Notes under the pieces: generated by a model
What the model was told of the DNA's origin: nothing
Seen by the model: only the letters and a program-made list of their open reading frames with translations
The model's database searches: none
Part shown: positions 9,710 to 21,534 of the stretch, piece after piece
How positions within the stretch are numbered: position 1 is the stretch's first letter
Layout: each line of letters starts with the position of its first letter
Assembly (NCBI GenBank): GCA_030704615.1
Contig: CM060732.1
Coordinates: forward strand, 18,414,001 to 18,478,000
Source: Takakia lepidozioides
Lineage: Eukaryota > Plantae > Bryophyta
DNA length: 64,000 bases
Reading direction: 5' to 3'
Made by a program: the position numbers and the translations under genes

Positions 9710-12427
9710 CGAGTTCACAGATCTAACGGACCATTGAACCAACAGGCCCATATGACTTATAGTCCACAGTTGGCTTCTTCTAGAACGTCCTATCGATCCC
9801 ATACCTTTCAGAAAATTATTTACAAACAAAACAGGGAATCTAAGAGTAAATCTCACCGTCAAGTTTGCTGGCGGCACCAATGGTGGTAGAAAGAACTCCC
9901 TCCCAAAGAAACTGTGGTAGAAAGAACTCGAGCTCAGTGTAGCACTGGGTGGCCTCGTGGTATCTTGCTTAGTCTTCCGCGCTGGTGATGGCGTTCGAGG
10001 GGAGGGAGAACCCAATTGCTTGTCTCTATCCTCCTTTAGATTCCGAGCTGCTTTCTCAATTTTTTGGATTAGATTGTCCATCTTCCTGTAAACTTGTCGT
10101 AAAGCTTGATGGCTAACTACACTCTAAGAAGCCCTGGCCAATATGGTGAATCTAGAAGATAATTTCAAATCCTTTCCTTTCTAGTACTAGGTTAAAGAAC
10201 TTCCACAAGAAGCTCGAATCTTGAGTTACGAGACAGTAATGCGAAGGGCTCAAAGAAAATTAGAATTATAATCTAGTTCATATCTCCTGTACATACATCT
10301 GCCGGGAGAGAGAGAGAGCTGGAAGAGTGCGTTTTGTGGAAGGGCTAGAGATATGATTCCTCCATATCTGCTAAGAATCCATATTGAAGGCTAACAATGC
10401 GAGAAACTGTAACTTAGGTGAAAGTCTGCATCCAGAGGCAAAGGAACGCCCATGAGAGTACACATCCGCTGAGGCGGCTATCCGCCGTGAATTGGCAAAT
10501 CGAGGGTCTTAGTTGCGCGAGGTTTCTCGGCCTCCACGAGGAGACCTTCGTGAACAAGTCCACTCGGTAACACATTGGACAGCGTCGCCACCCGGCACAG
10601 GAAGCACACATGGAAGTGGTAATCACTTCTCTTTCAAAAACTTCAAGTTTACAACACTGCTTTCGGATCCCTTCATGATGGAGTACCATTGTACTACGAT
10701 CCCTTGGATAAAGCCAGATCAATAGAGGTGACACAATTCCAGGCTGAGAAACTTGAAAATTTTCTCGATAGACTGATGGTGATCGCGCCTGAGCTAATGA
10801 TGTAGAAGTTTCTTGCTTGCTCGATTAGCGGACACTTGACATTGCAGCAAGGTTTGACATATCACCACCTTGGATCCAATTGCTAGACCTGCATATGACA
10901 TGCAAAAGCAAGGTGGATAGGATGAAGATAATAGCCTTCATGCATGTCAATTCTCAGAGCATAAGAAGACAGGCCGAGACGTTCCTTCAAGCTGCACTTG
11001 GTTAACTCCTGGTGCTGAGCTGAGCTATGGAAACCAAATAGGAGAAAATCAGGGATTGAAATTAAGCTGCTACCACCCCGAATCAACACGAAATCCAAAG
11101 GAAATCATGAAGCCAAGTTTCACGTACAGATTAACTACACATAGTGCTCACGAATTTGTTTCACTAATCATAGAGGAATCATAGCCAGATGACAGTGAAC
11201 CTGGCCCAAGTTTAGAGAGAAGCACTAGCGATGGATACTAAGGTTCATGGCGTGTCTCCCGCGCTGACGTGCTTCCAGTTGACCTCATGCTATTCAACTG
11301 CTTCACTAATCTTCGCCCGCATAGATTTGATGACTTATGACCAAACGAATCTTGCTTCATGGTGAATGCAGAGACACCATAGAGGAGGAGGAAAGACTGT
11401 TTTAACTTCTAAGCCCGGGTTTGAGTTTCAACAGATTTGTTGGGTAGTCTCAGCTCGTAGAAAGAGTGAGGATCTCAGATGGGCTTCTCTTACAATGTTG
11501 TGGATACTATCACTTGCTCCTTCAGACTCAACACTGGACTGTCCACCTTGTGAAACGACCATTGACATCCCTTGCTCATAGAATTAACTTTCCAAATATA
11601 CCAAAGGGAGAGAGGATCTACACAAACTTCTCAGTTCCTTTTTGGCCTTCCTGATCGAAGGGCCGTTTTACACTAGGGCCGAAGCCCAAGACCAACTGAG
11701 AATGGAGCATTCCCATTGGCAGAGGGCTGAAAATTGGGCCCAACAGCTTTTACACTACGGCCCGAGCCCAAGAAAATGGAAGTGGGTCATTTGCCTACAC
11801 GGCACCTACATGGCACAAGTTTCGGCGCCAACTTCTTGGGCGGGACTAAGAAAAAGAACCCTCCTAGAGTGGAGACCCAACTCTGGGCTCTTGGGCCCAA
11901 GAAGTTTGGTATTAAGATAGACTATTTTTGTGCGATCATGACTGTTTGATCATGACTGTTGAAGTTGGCCCAAGCCCAGCCCAAGAGTGGTAGAAATTGG
12001 GCCTAGGATTTCTTGGGCTTGGGCCCTAGTGTAAAGTGGCCCTAATTCTATTTTTCCTTCAATTCTTGTGCCTTGGTGTACCAAAAATTTCCAGGTTTCT
12101 GGGGTGCCTGACTGCTAAAGAAGGAAGAGCAAGTGGATGAGGTCTAAAACTGCAGCAGCCAAGGACTCCACTAACACGAATATACTGAGAATCTGTAGTA
12201 TTATACTCCTCAATATACTCCAGCAAAAATATAATATGTAAAGTAATATTCAACAAGTGTTTGAAGGAAACATGGTTCAGGCCACCGTGTTCTCTTCGTT
12301 GATCGATGAGAGAGTTGGGTGCTGCCCTTGTTGTGGAGCAGGGATGATGTGCGCAGGTGCGGAAGCTTGTGGAGGTCGAGGCTGTGGGGAGGTAGGGATC
12401 CTCACTCAGACCTTCACAAGTGTGCAT
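9710..12427 (-). pseudogene. Probable decayed upstream (N-terminal) exons of the methyltransferase pseudogene
   Basis: Coding-like minus-strand blocks with GT donors (about 9710-9805, 9857-10085, 10415-10745, 10888-11040, 11210-11640) carry scattered TAG/TGA stops. Linkage to the MTase exons is inferred from strand and proximity only. Confidence 0.4.
11660..12042. mobile_element. Tourist (PIF/Harbinger)-like MITE
   Basis: TIRs GGGCCGTTTTACACTAGGGCC and GGCCCTAGTGTAAAGTGGCCC; flanks GAA and TAA (imperfect 3-bp TSD); non-coding. Confidence 0.75.
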
Positions 12428-13232
12428 TAGAATCCATAACGTCCTCTTCCCAACGTTATGGGTGGATCTCTCTCTCTCTCGGAACCCTAAACCCTGGAGG
12501 GAATTTATGTTGGTATTATATTACGCTTAGGCAGCACAATCATCGTGAATTGGGAGTTGTTTGTTGTAATTTTCCAAGAGGTTCTGTGTAAAGTGTGAAG
12601 AAAGTAGCTAGTTTGTGATCGTTATGTGGGGTGCACTCTGGAACAACCTTACATTTCCAGTATCGCCACGGATGTCTATTGTAACCTACAGATATCCTGA
12701 TCCGGACAGTTAGCCATTCTGGTTTTAATGTATACTTTTGACTCTGGCATTGTATCACAAGCATTGGGGAAGTACTTGCGGCACAACATGGGGATGAACC
12801 AATTTTCCTGTAGGCCAGAAACTATAATCGGCACACAGTTTTTTGCTTCCGATATTACGTGGCGGAGGTACAAGGTGGCATATTTGACTTCTGGTGGTCA
12901 CAATTGGCATCCAGGACTACCCCCTTGCGGTGGTAGGAGTATGACTCGCACCAGAAGTGCATTCATTTGCGGGCCTGGAATGTGGACTGAGAACATCTCT
13001 CTCCCTCTCTACAGCCTTTTGTTCAATATCTGATCAAACAGTTAGGCCTAACATTCTGGGTACAATGGTTTCTCTGAATTCCCTCAGGCAAACAGCACTT
13101 GGGTCTGCAGCTAAATCAATTCTCAGGTTAAGTTATCCATAGTTAGTAGTATACTACAAATATGCCCCAAAGTACCCAGTACAGCCCCCATAATACCTAC
13201 GGTATGGCATGGTTGCAGTGACAATTGAGGGG

Positions 13233-13422
13233 AAGAATCAATGTATGTTATTGTGGTGGTATTGTCTCCTACTTCTGTGCTCTTTAGGCCAGAGATTGAT
13301 GGGCTGGAGTGCAGTTAGGTCCTGAAAGAATCAATGTATGTTATTGTGGTTGTATTGTCTCCTACTTCTGTGCTCTTTAGGCCAGAGATTGATGGGCTGG
13401 AGTGCAGTTATGTCCTGAAAGA
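13233..13422. repeat. Tandem duplication, 2 x about 93 bp
   Basis: aagaatcaatgtatgttattgtgg...gtcctgaaag repeated with about two mismatches. Confidence 0.9.
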
Positions 13423-13552
13423 GTCTTATATAATTCTACTCAAAAAATGCGGCAAGCAAACAGATTTATAGGAGACTCTGGCCACTAAAAACGTATCCCG
13501 GTGTTGTTGGTTTCTCTGCAGGTTGGATAGGAGGACCCAGTAGCTTTGACCA

Positions 13553-14295
13553 ATGAGTAATCAAGTCCCTGAGCAAAAGAAGGTCAAACTGACCCAGAGT
13601 ATATGGACATGTTGTTCGGTTGGCCAGCTGCTGGGGGCGGTGGTCCTTCATAAAAGGGGAGATGGGGGCCCATCCATGCCCCTCAGGGCATTCTCAATTG
13701 CATCCTTGCTTCTAGGGGCTGGGGCATGTGCTGTTGGTGGTGCACTTCATGCTAGCGGAATTCGAGAGGTTAGTGCCTGTAAGGTGCCAGCTTTTTTGGC
13801 AAATCTTGAATCTGTAGTAATCAGTCTGTTGGATGTGAGGGGTTTTACGCCCTCCAAAAGAGGAAGGGGTGAAGTTATTTTGAAAACTCTCACTACTGGA
13901 AAGCCTTCTGGAAAGCCCCCTCTGCTGTTCCCCTCACCCAACTTTTTTCTGCTCAGTCCAAACAGGGTGCAGGGATTGTGGCCACAAGGCTGTGGGATGA
14001 GAACAAGTTCATAAACACTCTTCTCGCTTTCTCCTGTTCTATCCTTTCCTATTTGTCTAACGTTGTGACTGCTGTTCAACTTGCAGGGTACCAGGAACAG
14101 GGCTAGAGTTGTAGTGCTGATGTCCTTGACATGCATCCTACCAGAATGTCACTGCTGGAGGCCATAAATTCTCAACATTGTTGTCTTCTTTCTGACTAGT
14201 GTATCTCATTGTGGTGGAGGCAGGTAAATGATTTGGTGAGCGGGGGTCAAAAGATTCGACGTGCTCTTGGCAAACCTTCCCGCAACCAGTCATAA
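13553..14295 (+). CDS. Small (95 aa) conserved plant membrane protein, 2 coding exons (13553-13768, 14224-14295)
   Basis: Canonical GT/AG phase-0 intron. Product includes MPLRAFSIASLLLGAGACAVGGALHASGIRE|VNDLVSGGQKIRRALG, with hydrophobic segments, and resembles an uncharacterised land-plant family. Confidence 0.7.
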
Positions 14296-14359
14296 TCTTT
14301 TCTCTTTCCTTCTTTTTGCCTGTTCCTCTCCCTCTCTCTCTCTCTCTGATATCTCTCTC

Positions 14360-16641
14360 TCAATGGCCACAAGGCTACGGCAAACAACGTCTTATGAGTA
14401 CAATCTCTCTCTCTGATATTTCTAGGTCTAACAGTGAGGGGTCTTCTGCTGAATGGAGGGACACAGTTGGAAAAACTGTTCCTATGATTCAAAACAGCCC
14501 TGATGAACTGGAGTATATTTCAATGGCTTATAACGCTCCCATTAGTTCTTCTGAGATTGTGGAAGCAATTGAACATTTAAATGGATATAAAGCTGGTGGA
14601 CCTGATGGTATTGTCAACGAGCTTATCAAGCATGGTGGCGATCCCATGATAAAGGCCCTAGTTCTCCTCTTTAACCTTATCTGGAAGACTGAAATGATCC
14701 CCTTTCGCTGGCGACAGGGGGTCATTGTCAATCTATACAAGAAGGGTGACAGAGAAGAACCGGGGAACTACCGTGGCATCACGCTCCTCAATGCTGTTGG
14801 CAAGACATTCTGCAGAGTTATAAGTACTCGTCTCGAGGTTGATCTGGAGTCTAGAGGTTGTTTCCACGAAGGCCAAGCTGGCTTTCGGCGAAACAGGGGC
14901 TGTGTGGATCATATCTTCACTCTAAGCCAGATTATCCAGGGAAGGAAAAAAGAAGGGAAACCCACTTATGTTTTTTTCCTGGATGTCAAAAAGGCTTATG
15001 ACACTGTGTGGAGAGATGGCCTATGGTTCCGCCTATGGTCTTGTGGGATCAAGGGAAAGATGTGGAGAGTTGTCCACAACTTGTATGCTCACACCAAAAG
15101 CTGTGTCACTGTTAACGGACAGAAGTCCAACTTCTTTGACATAGACCAAGGTGTAGCTCAAGGATGTACTCTCTCCCCTCTGCTCTTCAATGTTTTCATC
15201 AATCAACTCCTTGAGGATGTGGAAAGTGAGGGATTTGGGTTAAGGGTGGGTGATACCACCATACCAGCCCTTATGTTTGCGGATGACTTCGCAGGCATAG
15301 GGGAGACTCCAACCAATCTCCAGGAGTTGATTGATTGCGCGAAGAGATACTTTGATCTTTGGGGGCTAGAGGCTAATGTCAGCAAATGTGCAGTGGTAGC
15401 ATTCAACGACAGAGGAGAGGGAGGAAGTGATCTTAAGTGGCAGTGGGGTAGCCAAGAGATCCCGGTCCTCCCTTCCTACACTTACCTGGGCGTTGAGTTT
15501 TCCTCCAATTGTAATTGGGATGCACATATCCGGAAAGTTGTTCAAACTGGCAAGGGCAAAGCTCTGGGGCTCACTAAATTTTTCTACTGCAGAGGGGTCA
15601 ACTCTGAGGTTACGAAAACCATGCTTTGTTGCGTTATTAGACCTGACCTGTCTTAGAGTATGGATCTGCAATATGGGTTGATAACTCCAACCAGGCTAAG
15701 TCTCTAGAATCCATTCAAGTGGGGGTGCTTAAGGAGTGTATGTCAGCATGCTCCAAAACAGCCAATGTGGCTGTTCGGGGTGAGTTTGGCATTCCGTCCT
15801 TAAGCTCCCGACGAGATGAATTCAAGGTCAGATGGTGGGGTCAGCTGCAACATATGCCCAACACCAGATATCCTAAGCTAATCGACTCTATATCTTGGAA
15901 ACAGGACCGCCCTGTCAAACAGGCTAAGTCCTGGCAGAAGAGAGTAGAAGAGATTCTCAAGGACCTGGACCTGGATCCGCAAGTCTTGACCCTGCTGGAT
16001 AATCTGACTTAGAGGCTGTAGTGTCCAAAGCCATGTCTGTTGCCATGAGATTGTCTGATGAAAATGAAGTAAGGCAGAAAACTTCCCTGAACTTGTTTCT
16101 AGTCAGTGACATGGGGGAGGACATCTTGGATGACCTCAAGGGTCTACCCACTCTCGGCACTAGACTGAAATTTAAACTCAGGGCAGGAAGCCTACCTTTG
16201 AACAGCAAACAGAAGCAGAGAGGAAAGGGAGAGTGCAATTGCCCGTTGTGTAGGCAATCTGAAGACAGTATTCATTTTCTGATACACTGTCCGGGGTTCT
16301 CTCACCAAAGAGACGCTCTCTTCAAATCTATCAAGGGAATTGTGCATGTACCCCTGTTTACCAACTTTGAAAGTCTCGAGACTGAGCCAAAAGCCCAGGC
16401 CCTCCTGAGGCCTAGTTTTTGGGCAAATCACACACAGCAGATTGATGCTTGTGTGAAGGGATTTCTAGAGGATATCTGGAATACCCGGATTAATTCTATA
16501 TATGAAGGTAAGTCTTACTACCAACGTCAGCCCCTGACAGAGGTAGGTTCTGTCCCTTTTGTTCCCGCTCAAACTGGGCGCGGGGTCAATGGCCACAAGG
16601 CTACGTCAAACAACGTCTTATGACTACAATCTCTCTGATAT
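14360..16641 (+). mobile_element. 5'-truncated non-LTR retrotransposon (LINE; RTE/RTEX-like, clade uncertain) with a duplicated 3' end
   Basis: RT motifs GPDGI, NYRGITLL, QAGFR, LDVKKAYD, GVAQGCTLSP, FADD and a C-terminal CPLC...HFLIHC finger; no endonuclease. A GACCT duplication near 15645 causes a frameshift. 14360-14420 duplicates 16586-16641. Confidence 0.9.
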
Positions 16642-17514
16642 TACTGGGCTGGTTTTCACATCTTACTTTGAGACTAATATCCATATTTGACTGGTGAAAT
16701 GCCCATTACAGGTGTCGAATGGAAGTTCAGCCCATGATCTTACTAGGCTTGACTTATCTCAGGGACTGCATTGCTAAAGAATTATTACAGCACATCTATT
16801 TTGGTGAGCTATGGCAGAATTCTAAGCTTGACAACTAACTGCATTCTGAAGATCTGTCTCCTGTAATATCTGCTGCTTTGGTATGTCAACCCTCTCAAAC
16901 TTCTGAGCCTACCTCCACCACCTCTCTCCTAATCTTCTCACTTTGAATTGGAAGGTAGCTTGATTGTTGCTCACAACAGCAGTTGACATTGATGAATGAT
17001 ATCTAAATAATTTCTCCAAATTGTCAATTGATTACTCCTGCATTGCATCTCTCAAACAGCTGACCTTGCTGTTTGACCCAGCACCTCTAAGAACCTCTTC
17101 CCAGTATATGTTGGAACACAGAAAACCTCTTGCCAGTGTACTAATCTGATCAGACAGGCTCATTACAGACAAACAAACTCAGTTGAAACACGAAGAGCTT
17201 CTTCAGAAGATATCTTCCTCAACATTTCTCAAATATTTGGATCTGTCAATTGAAATTCACAAGTTGGTAGAGCATTGAACCTATTTGAGGTGGCAAAGAA
17301 GAGAAACTATATATGGCCCAAGGAAAGCTCAAAGAGTTTAAGGGACAGGAGAAAAGCAACAAACAAGGAAAAAAGTGGGGCCCCGAGAAGGAATCATAAA
17401 GCTCTACTCAAAAACTCTCTTTGTGGATATACCTAGTGACACTAAGCAGAGGTACCTCATTGTTGGATTATTTTGCTCTGCCCCCAGCAATTCGAGTGTT
17501 CCATGAAAGTTCAA

Positions 17515-17762
17515 GGATCTGCCTATTCAGCTCTGTGAAATTTTGATGAGCAATTCTTATGCAACTTCTCATGTTGACAAGGCCCATGGGCCTCGAAATA
17601 AAACACTCCCTCCCCTCCCCTCCCCCCCTGGGAGAGAGAGAACAACCAACAGGCACAAGGGGAGGGAGTGTTTTATCTCGAGGCCCATCGGCCTTGTCAC
17701 TATGAGAAGTTGCATAAAAATTGCTCATCAAAATTAATTCACGGAGCTGAATGGGGAAATCC
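17515..17762. repeat. Fold-back element / MITE with about 95-bp inverted arms
   Basis: attcagctctgtgaaattttgatgagcaatt...aaaacactccctcccct pairs with aggggagggagtgtttt...aattgctcatcaaaattaattcacggagctgaat around a loop of about 45 nt. Confidence 0.85.
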
Positions 17763-19422
17763 AGGTTTATAAACAGTTTCAAAGCCTGATGCCATTCCAG
17801 ACCAGAACATACATAGATCAGACTCCAAACATAAGGGAAAAGATTCCCCCAGTACTCTTGCAAAGCATTAAACACAACAGCTTTTTCCATTTATAAAGTG
17901 GGAGGACCGTTGCTCGAGAATTACCACTGCTGCTCCCACAAAGATGTGGAAGATACATATTTCCACTTCCAACGAAAATTGCAGGCCTCCAAGGTCAGCA
18001 CCCCTATGATCTAGTACAAATCCATCAGAGCAAAACTTGACAAACTGCTGGCTCTCCTTTTGATTGTAAACATAACTATGCAATAAATTCAACGTTCACC
18101 AACTCTAAAACCCTAGGCCCTCTTTGAGACGCTCAGGAGAGGGAGATGAGTGGGTGCACTCAAACCCATCAACCCATGCAAACTGTACCCAAATTGGAAC
18201 GACAATACCAAGAAGAGGGGCCAGCCTAACTTCTTCTGGAAGATTGATGTAGAAGTGCTCATTTCATGATAAGGTCAGTCTGTATATCAACCCCTAAATT
18301 GCAAGACATCGCAGAAATACCTCAACATGCTTCATATATGGTGTCCTCTGTGCATAATTCTTTGCTGTATATATGTGTACCATATCTTGGACTATAGTGG
18401 TTTTCGTGTTATGTTCGACATTTAGCTCTACACAACTGGCTTCCTATTCTTCTCTCGTATTGGTGAGTCCCTAGAGGGGGGGCCCTATAGGCCACGTTAA
18501 TCTCCAATTATCTGAGTCTTTTGTGTGATCAGGTCGATGCCCTGACAAAATCTCCCTTTCTCTCCATCACATTGGCAAGTGAAGTGCAAGACGAGGTTTG
18601 TCTCTGTGAGGGAGGCAGCCATCGCTTTACTGTAAAAATATGAAGGTTTTCTTGGAAGCTGATGGGGTAGTTGAGGGTTAAGGAAGTTGCCTATATTCTG
18701 GCCCAATCATTGATAGTAAAAAAGTTGGTTGGTTGACTAGTCCGAATTTAATATTGGCCCTCCATCCCATGAATGACATGACTTCAGCCTCTCCAGCATT
18801 GAAAGGAAGTGTCCGGACTAGAAGTGAGCGACATTAGGCCGGACCGACTCCATGATGGAACTTCTTATTGTCTAAGGGCCAAAATTAGTGGGGCGTATTT
18901 TTCATGGTTTAGTTCTGGGTATCGGTCATGCCAATAGAAAGAGAGAGGAAAACTCTTGCTGAAGCAGGCGTAGTTACCGATGCCATTTCACTTTGAAGGT
19001 TGTGAAGCTCAAAATGCATGTAGGGTAGAGATGCTTCGTCCTCTTCCTGTATGCTCAAAATGGGGGGATGTAACTCGGGAAGTGAGCTTTACGACGAGGA
19101 GGGAATCACTGGCAGAGGACCGACAGACAGATGCCACGGACGTATGACATACACGCAACACAGCACATTCGTCCCTGACTCTGCTACACCAGTATGGTGG
19201 AGTGAGCTTTTGTTCACTTGCATCAAGCAGGTCTCACCCTTCTCTCGACCAATATATCTGTCTAAAGAGAGCGGTGCCACTTTAGAGTTTAAGCTGCGTG
19301 GCGAGGGAATCGCAGCCACGCGGATCTTGGTCTGCTGAAGAAGCCTTACCAGCGATTTTCGCGATTTACTTACCTATATCTGCAAAATGTGGGCTTGAGC
19401 AGCGACTGACAACTCACAGATC

Positions 19423-19866
19423 CTATGCAGTCAGAATGCTACCCATGAAGTGACAGAAATGGTGAGTCAATCCTCCCTCTGCTCCCAGATGCTCAATCAC
19501 CCATTTTCTAGCCCAATCTTCATCACGGGGACGGCCTGGAAAATGCACTAAGATACTATGTTGCATCATTTTGGACAAATGAGCACGCAGGCAGTCTAAG
19601 TCCAGGGAGATAACAACCTGAGAGTCAGCATTGGGAGCGACAGACTCTGCCCAGGGGACGACATCCAGGTAGCGGCGCGGCGCTTCTATTTTCAGGACCT
19701 TTGCCAAGAATTGACGAGACTGGAGCAGATGACGAGTTGCGAGGGGTCCAAGTACCTCTACCTCTGAAGCTGACCCCTGAACCGGATCTTTTCTTACGAG
19801 AAGCCACTCCTCTAGAAGCCATGGTGTAGCTAAGCCGGAGCTCTCACAAAGGCAGACAATGCACAA
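19423..19866 (-). pseudogene. Possible decayed L1-type LINE ORF1 fragment
   Basis: LRAHLSKMMQHSILVHFPGRPRDEDWARKWV resembles the N-terminal region of plant L1 ORF1, and a GC-rich leader-like tract lies upstream (19900-20700). No RT found. Confidence 0.35.
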
Positions 19867-21534
19867 GGAGGAGGGGAGTGGAGGAGATGCGTGAGATGGG
19901 GAGATGTCACCTTGAATGAGAAAACAGCGGGGTAGCGATCACTTATGCAGGGTCAGAGCAACAACGAACACTAGCGGCGCGAACAGGGACCCAGCCAAAA
20001 GCAATGAAGCAGGGTCGCTCGGGCGTCAAGAGGGGGAGGAGGGCAATTGAAGGTTGGGCTCGCCAGAGAAGCCAGATGACATAACGAGGAAGAAAGGTGG
20101 CGGCCGGGAGATAACAATGCAGGGCTGACAGCGCAGCCCAGGGGACAGCAGCAGGGCACCAGAAGCAGAGAGGGAGATAATGCACTCCAGGGAGAAGGAG
20201 AAGAGTGGAGGAGGAGAGGTGGGGGACGGGCACGACAGGAGACCCAAGGGGGAGGAGGGGAGCTGGGCGGCGGTGCTTAAAACAGACAGCACCAACCAGC
20301 AATAAGCAGGGCCTTTTGCAGCCGCAGGACGGGAAGAGCCTCTATCATACGCAGAGGGGAGAGCGGAAGGGAGCTGGAGATGAGTTCTAGATCAGAGAGC
20401 AAGGTTGCAGTGCAGAAGAGCGGCGAAATGGAGTAATAAGCCGCCCAGGGAGAGAGACGGCGCAACTGCATGCAAAATATTAAAACATGCATCATGCATG
20501 CAAACAGCCAGCAGTGCGGGGGCGATCTAGCCCTGGATCCGAGAATGAGTGCACGCGCGAGATTGGGACAAGTCGGACGAGGAGGAGTAAGGGAGTAAGG
20601 GAGAAAGGGGGGCAGAGTGACGGGGTGGGCTTGGAAAATTCTAAGTCCCAACGAACCACTCACCACAGATCGCGGAGCCCCATCCCCCCAAGTTTTAGTT
20701 TCTTTCTTCCCAATAATTCCACATCATATTCTTGGGATTGAAACTTAGTTTTTTAACATTGATTTATTATGCTCAAGTTATATTTTGAAATATATTTAAT
20801 TTTAATTTATTCTGGTCAGAGTTTGATTGGTTTATATTGGTGACGTTGTAAAATCCGTAGGGAAATTGCCATCTACTTTACCCTTATCCTACCTAAACTC
20901 GTGACCAACTATACATGGTCCATATTCTCATCAAGATCCTTCTTGGGTATCTCTACACCGATAATTGCTTGACTTTGAATAAAGATAAACTGAGGTGTTA
21001 AGACCTGCATAGCTGACAAATACAATACAGACAAACAATGACACAGAAAACAGTCTATCCCAGTACATTTCATTGAAAAACATCTGGGACATTGCAGTTG
21101 AATCTTAGAACAGCACAATCCAATGATCATGTGGTGGTTATGGACACCCAGTTGTTGCAGCTAATAAGGTTTCTCTGGCTGATTCATAAAATTTCTACAC
21201 CAAATGCTGAAGCCCCCCGCTGATTCCCACCCCTGCCTTGTCACAGCTTGACCCCTGGTTCTGCCTGCCTGTAACACCACCACCCCACACTCCTTGAGTC
21301 AAATTTACATCTCCACCCATTACCAGAGATTTTCACAGGCTTCATGCCTGCTACATGACCATTAATGCAGTTAAGCTATCACAGCACCAGCCATGTGAGC
21401 ATCCACATCAAAAGTCGTGACACCTAAGGGAATGCTTATAGAAAACCACATCCTTGACAAAATTCTGGCACCCACACAGCATGCACAACACATTCCTCCA
21501 GGAAATACAAAAACCAGTCTAAAAACATACCCAG

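Noticed and set aside
13769-14014. C-terminal half of the 153-aa ORF 13553-14014
   Set aside because: It is intron read-through; splicing to 14224 gives the family-like C-terminus.
14316-14420. N-terminal extension of the 446-aa LINE ORF, and a possible hammerhead ribozyme in the duplicated tail
   Set aside because: The extension merely reads through the CT microsatellite and the tail copy. CTTATGAG lacks the CTGA-N-GA core and no GAAA-flanked stems are evident.
16690-19400. Possible decayed gene or LINE ORF2 remnants
   Set aside because: No RT, endonuclease or other motif could be read reliably.
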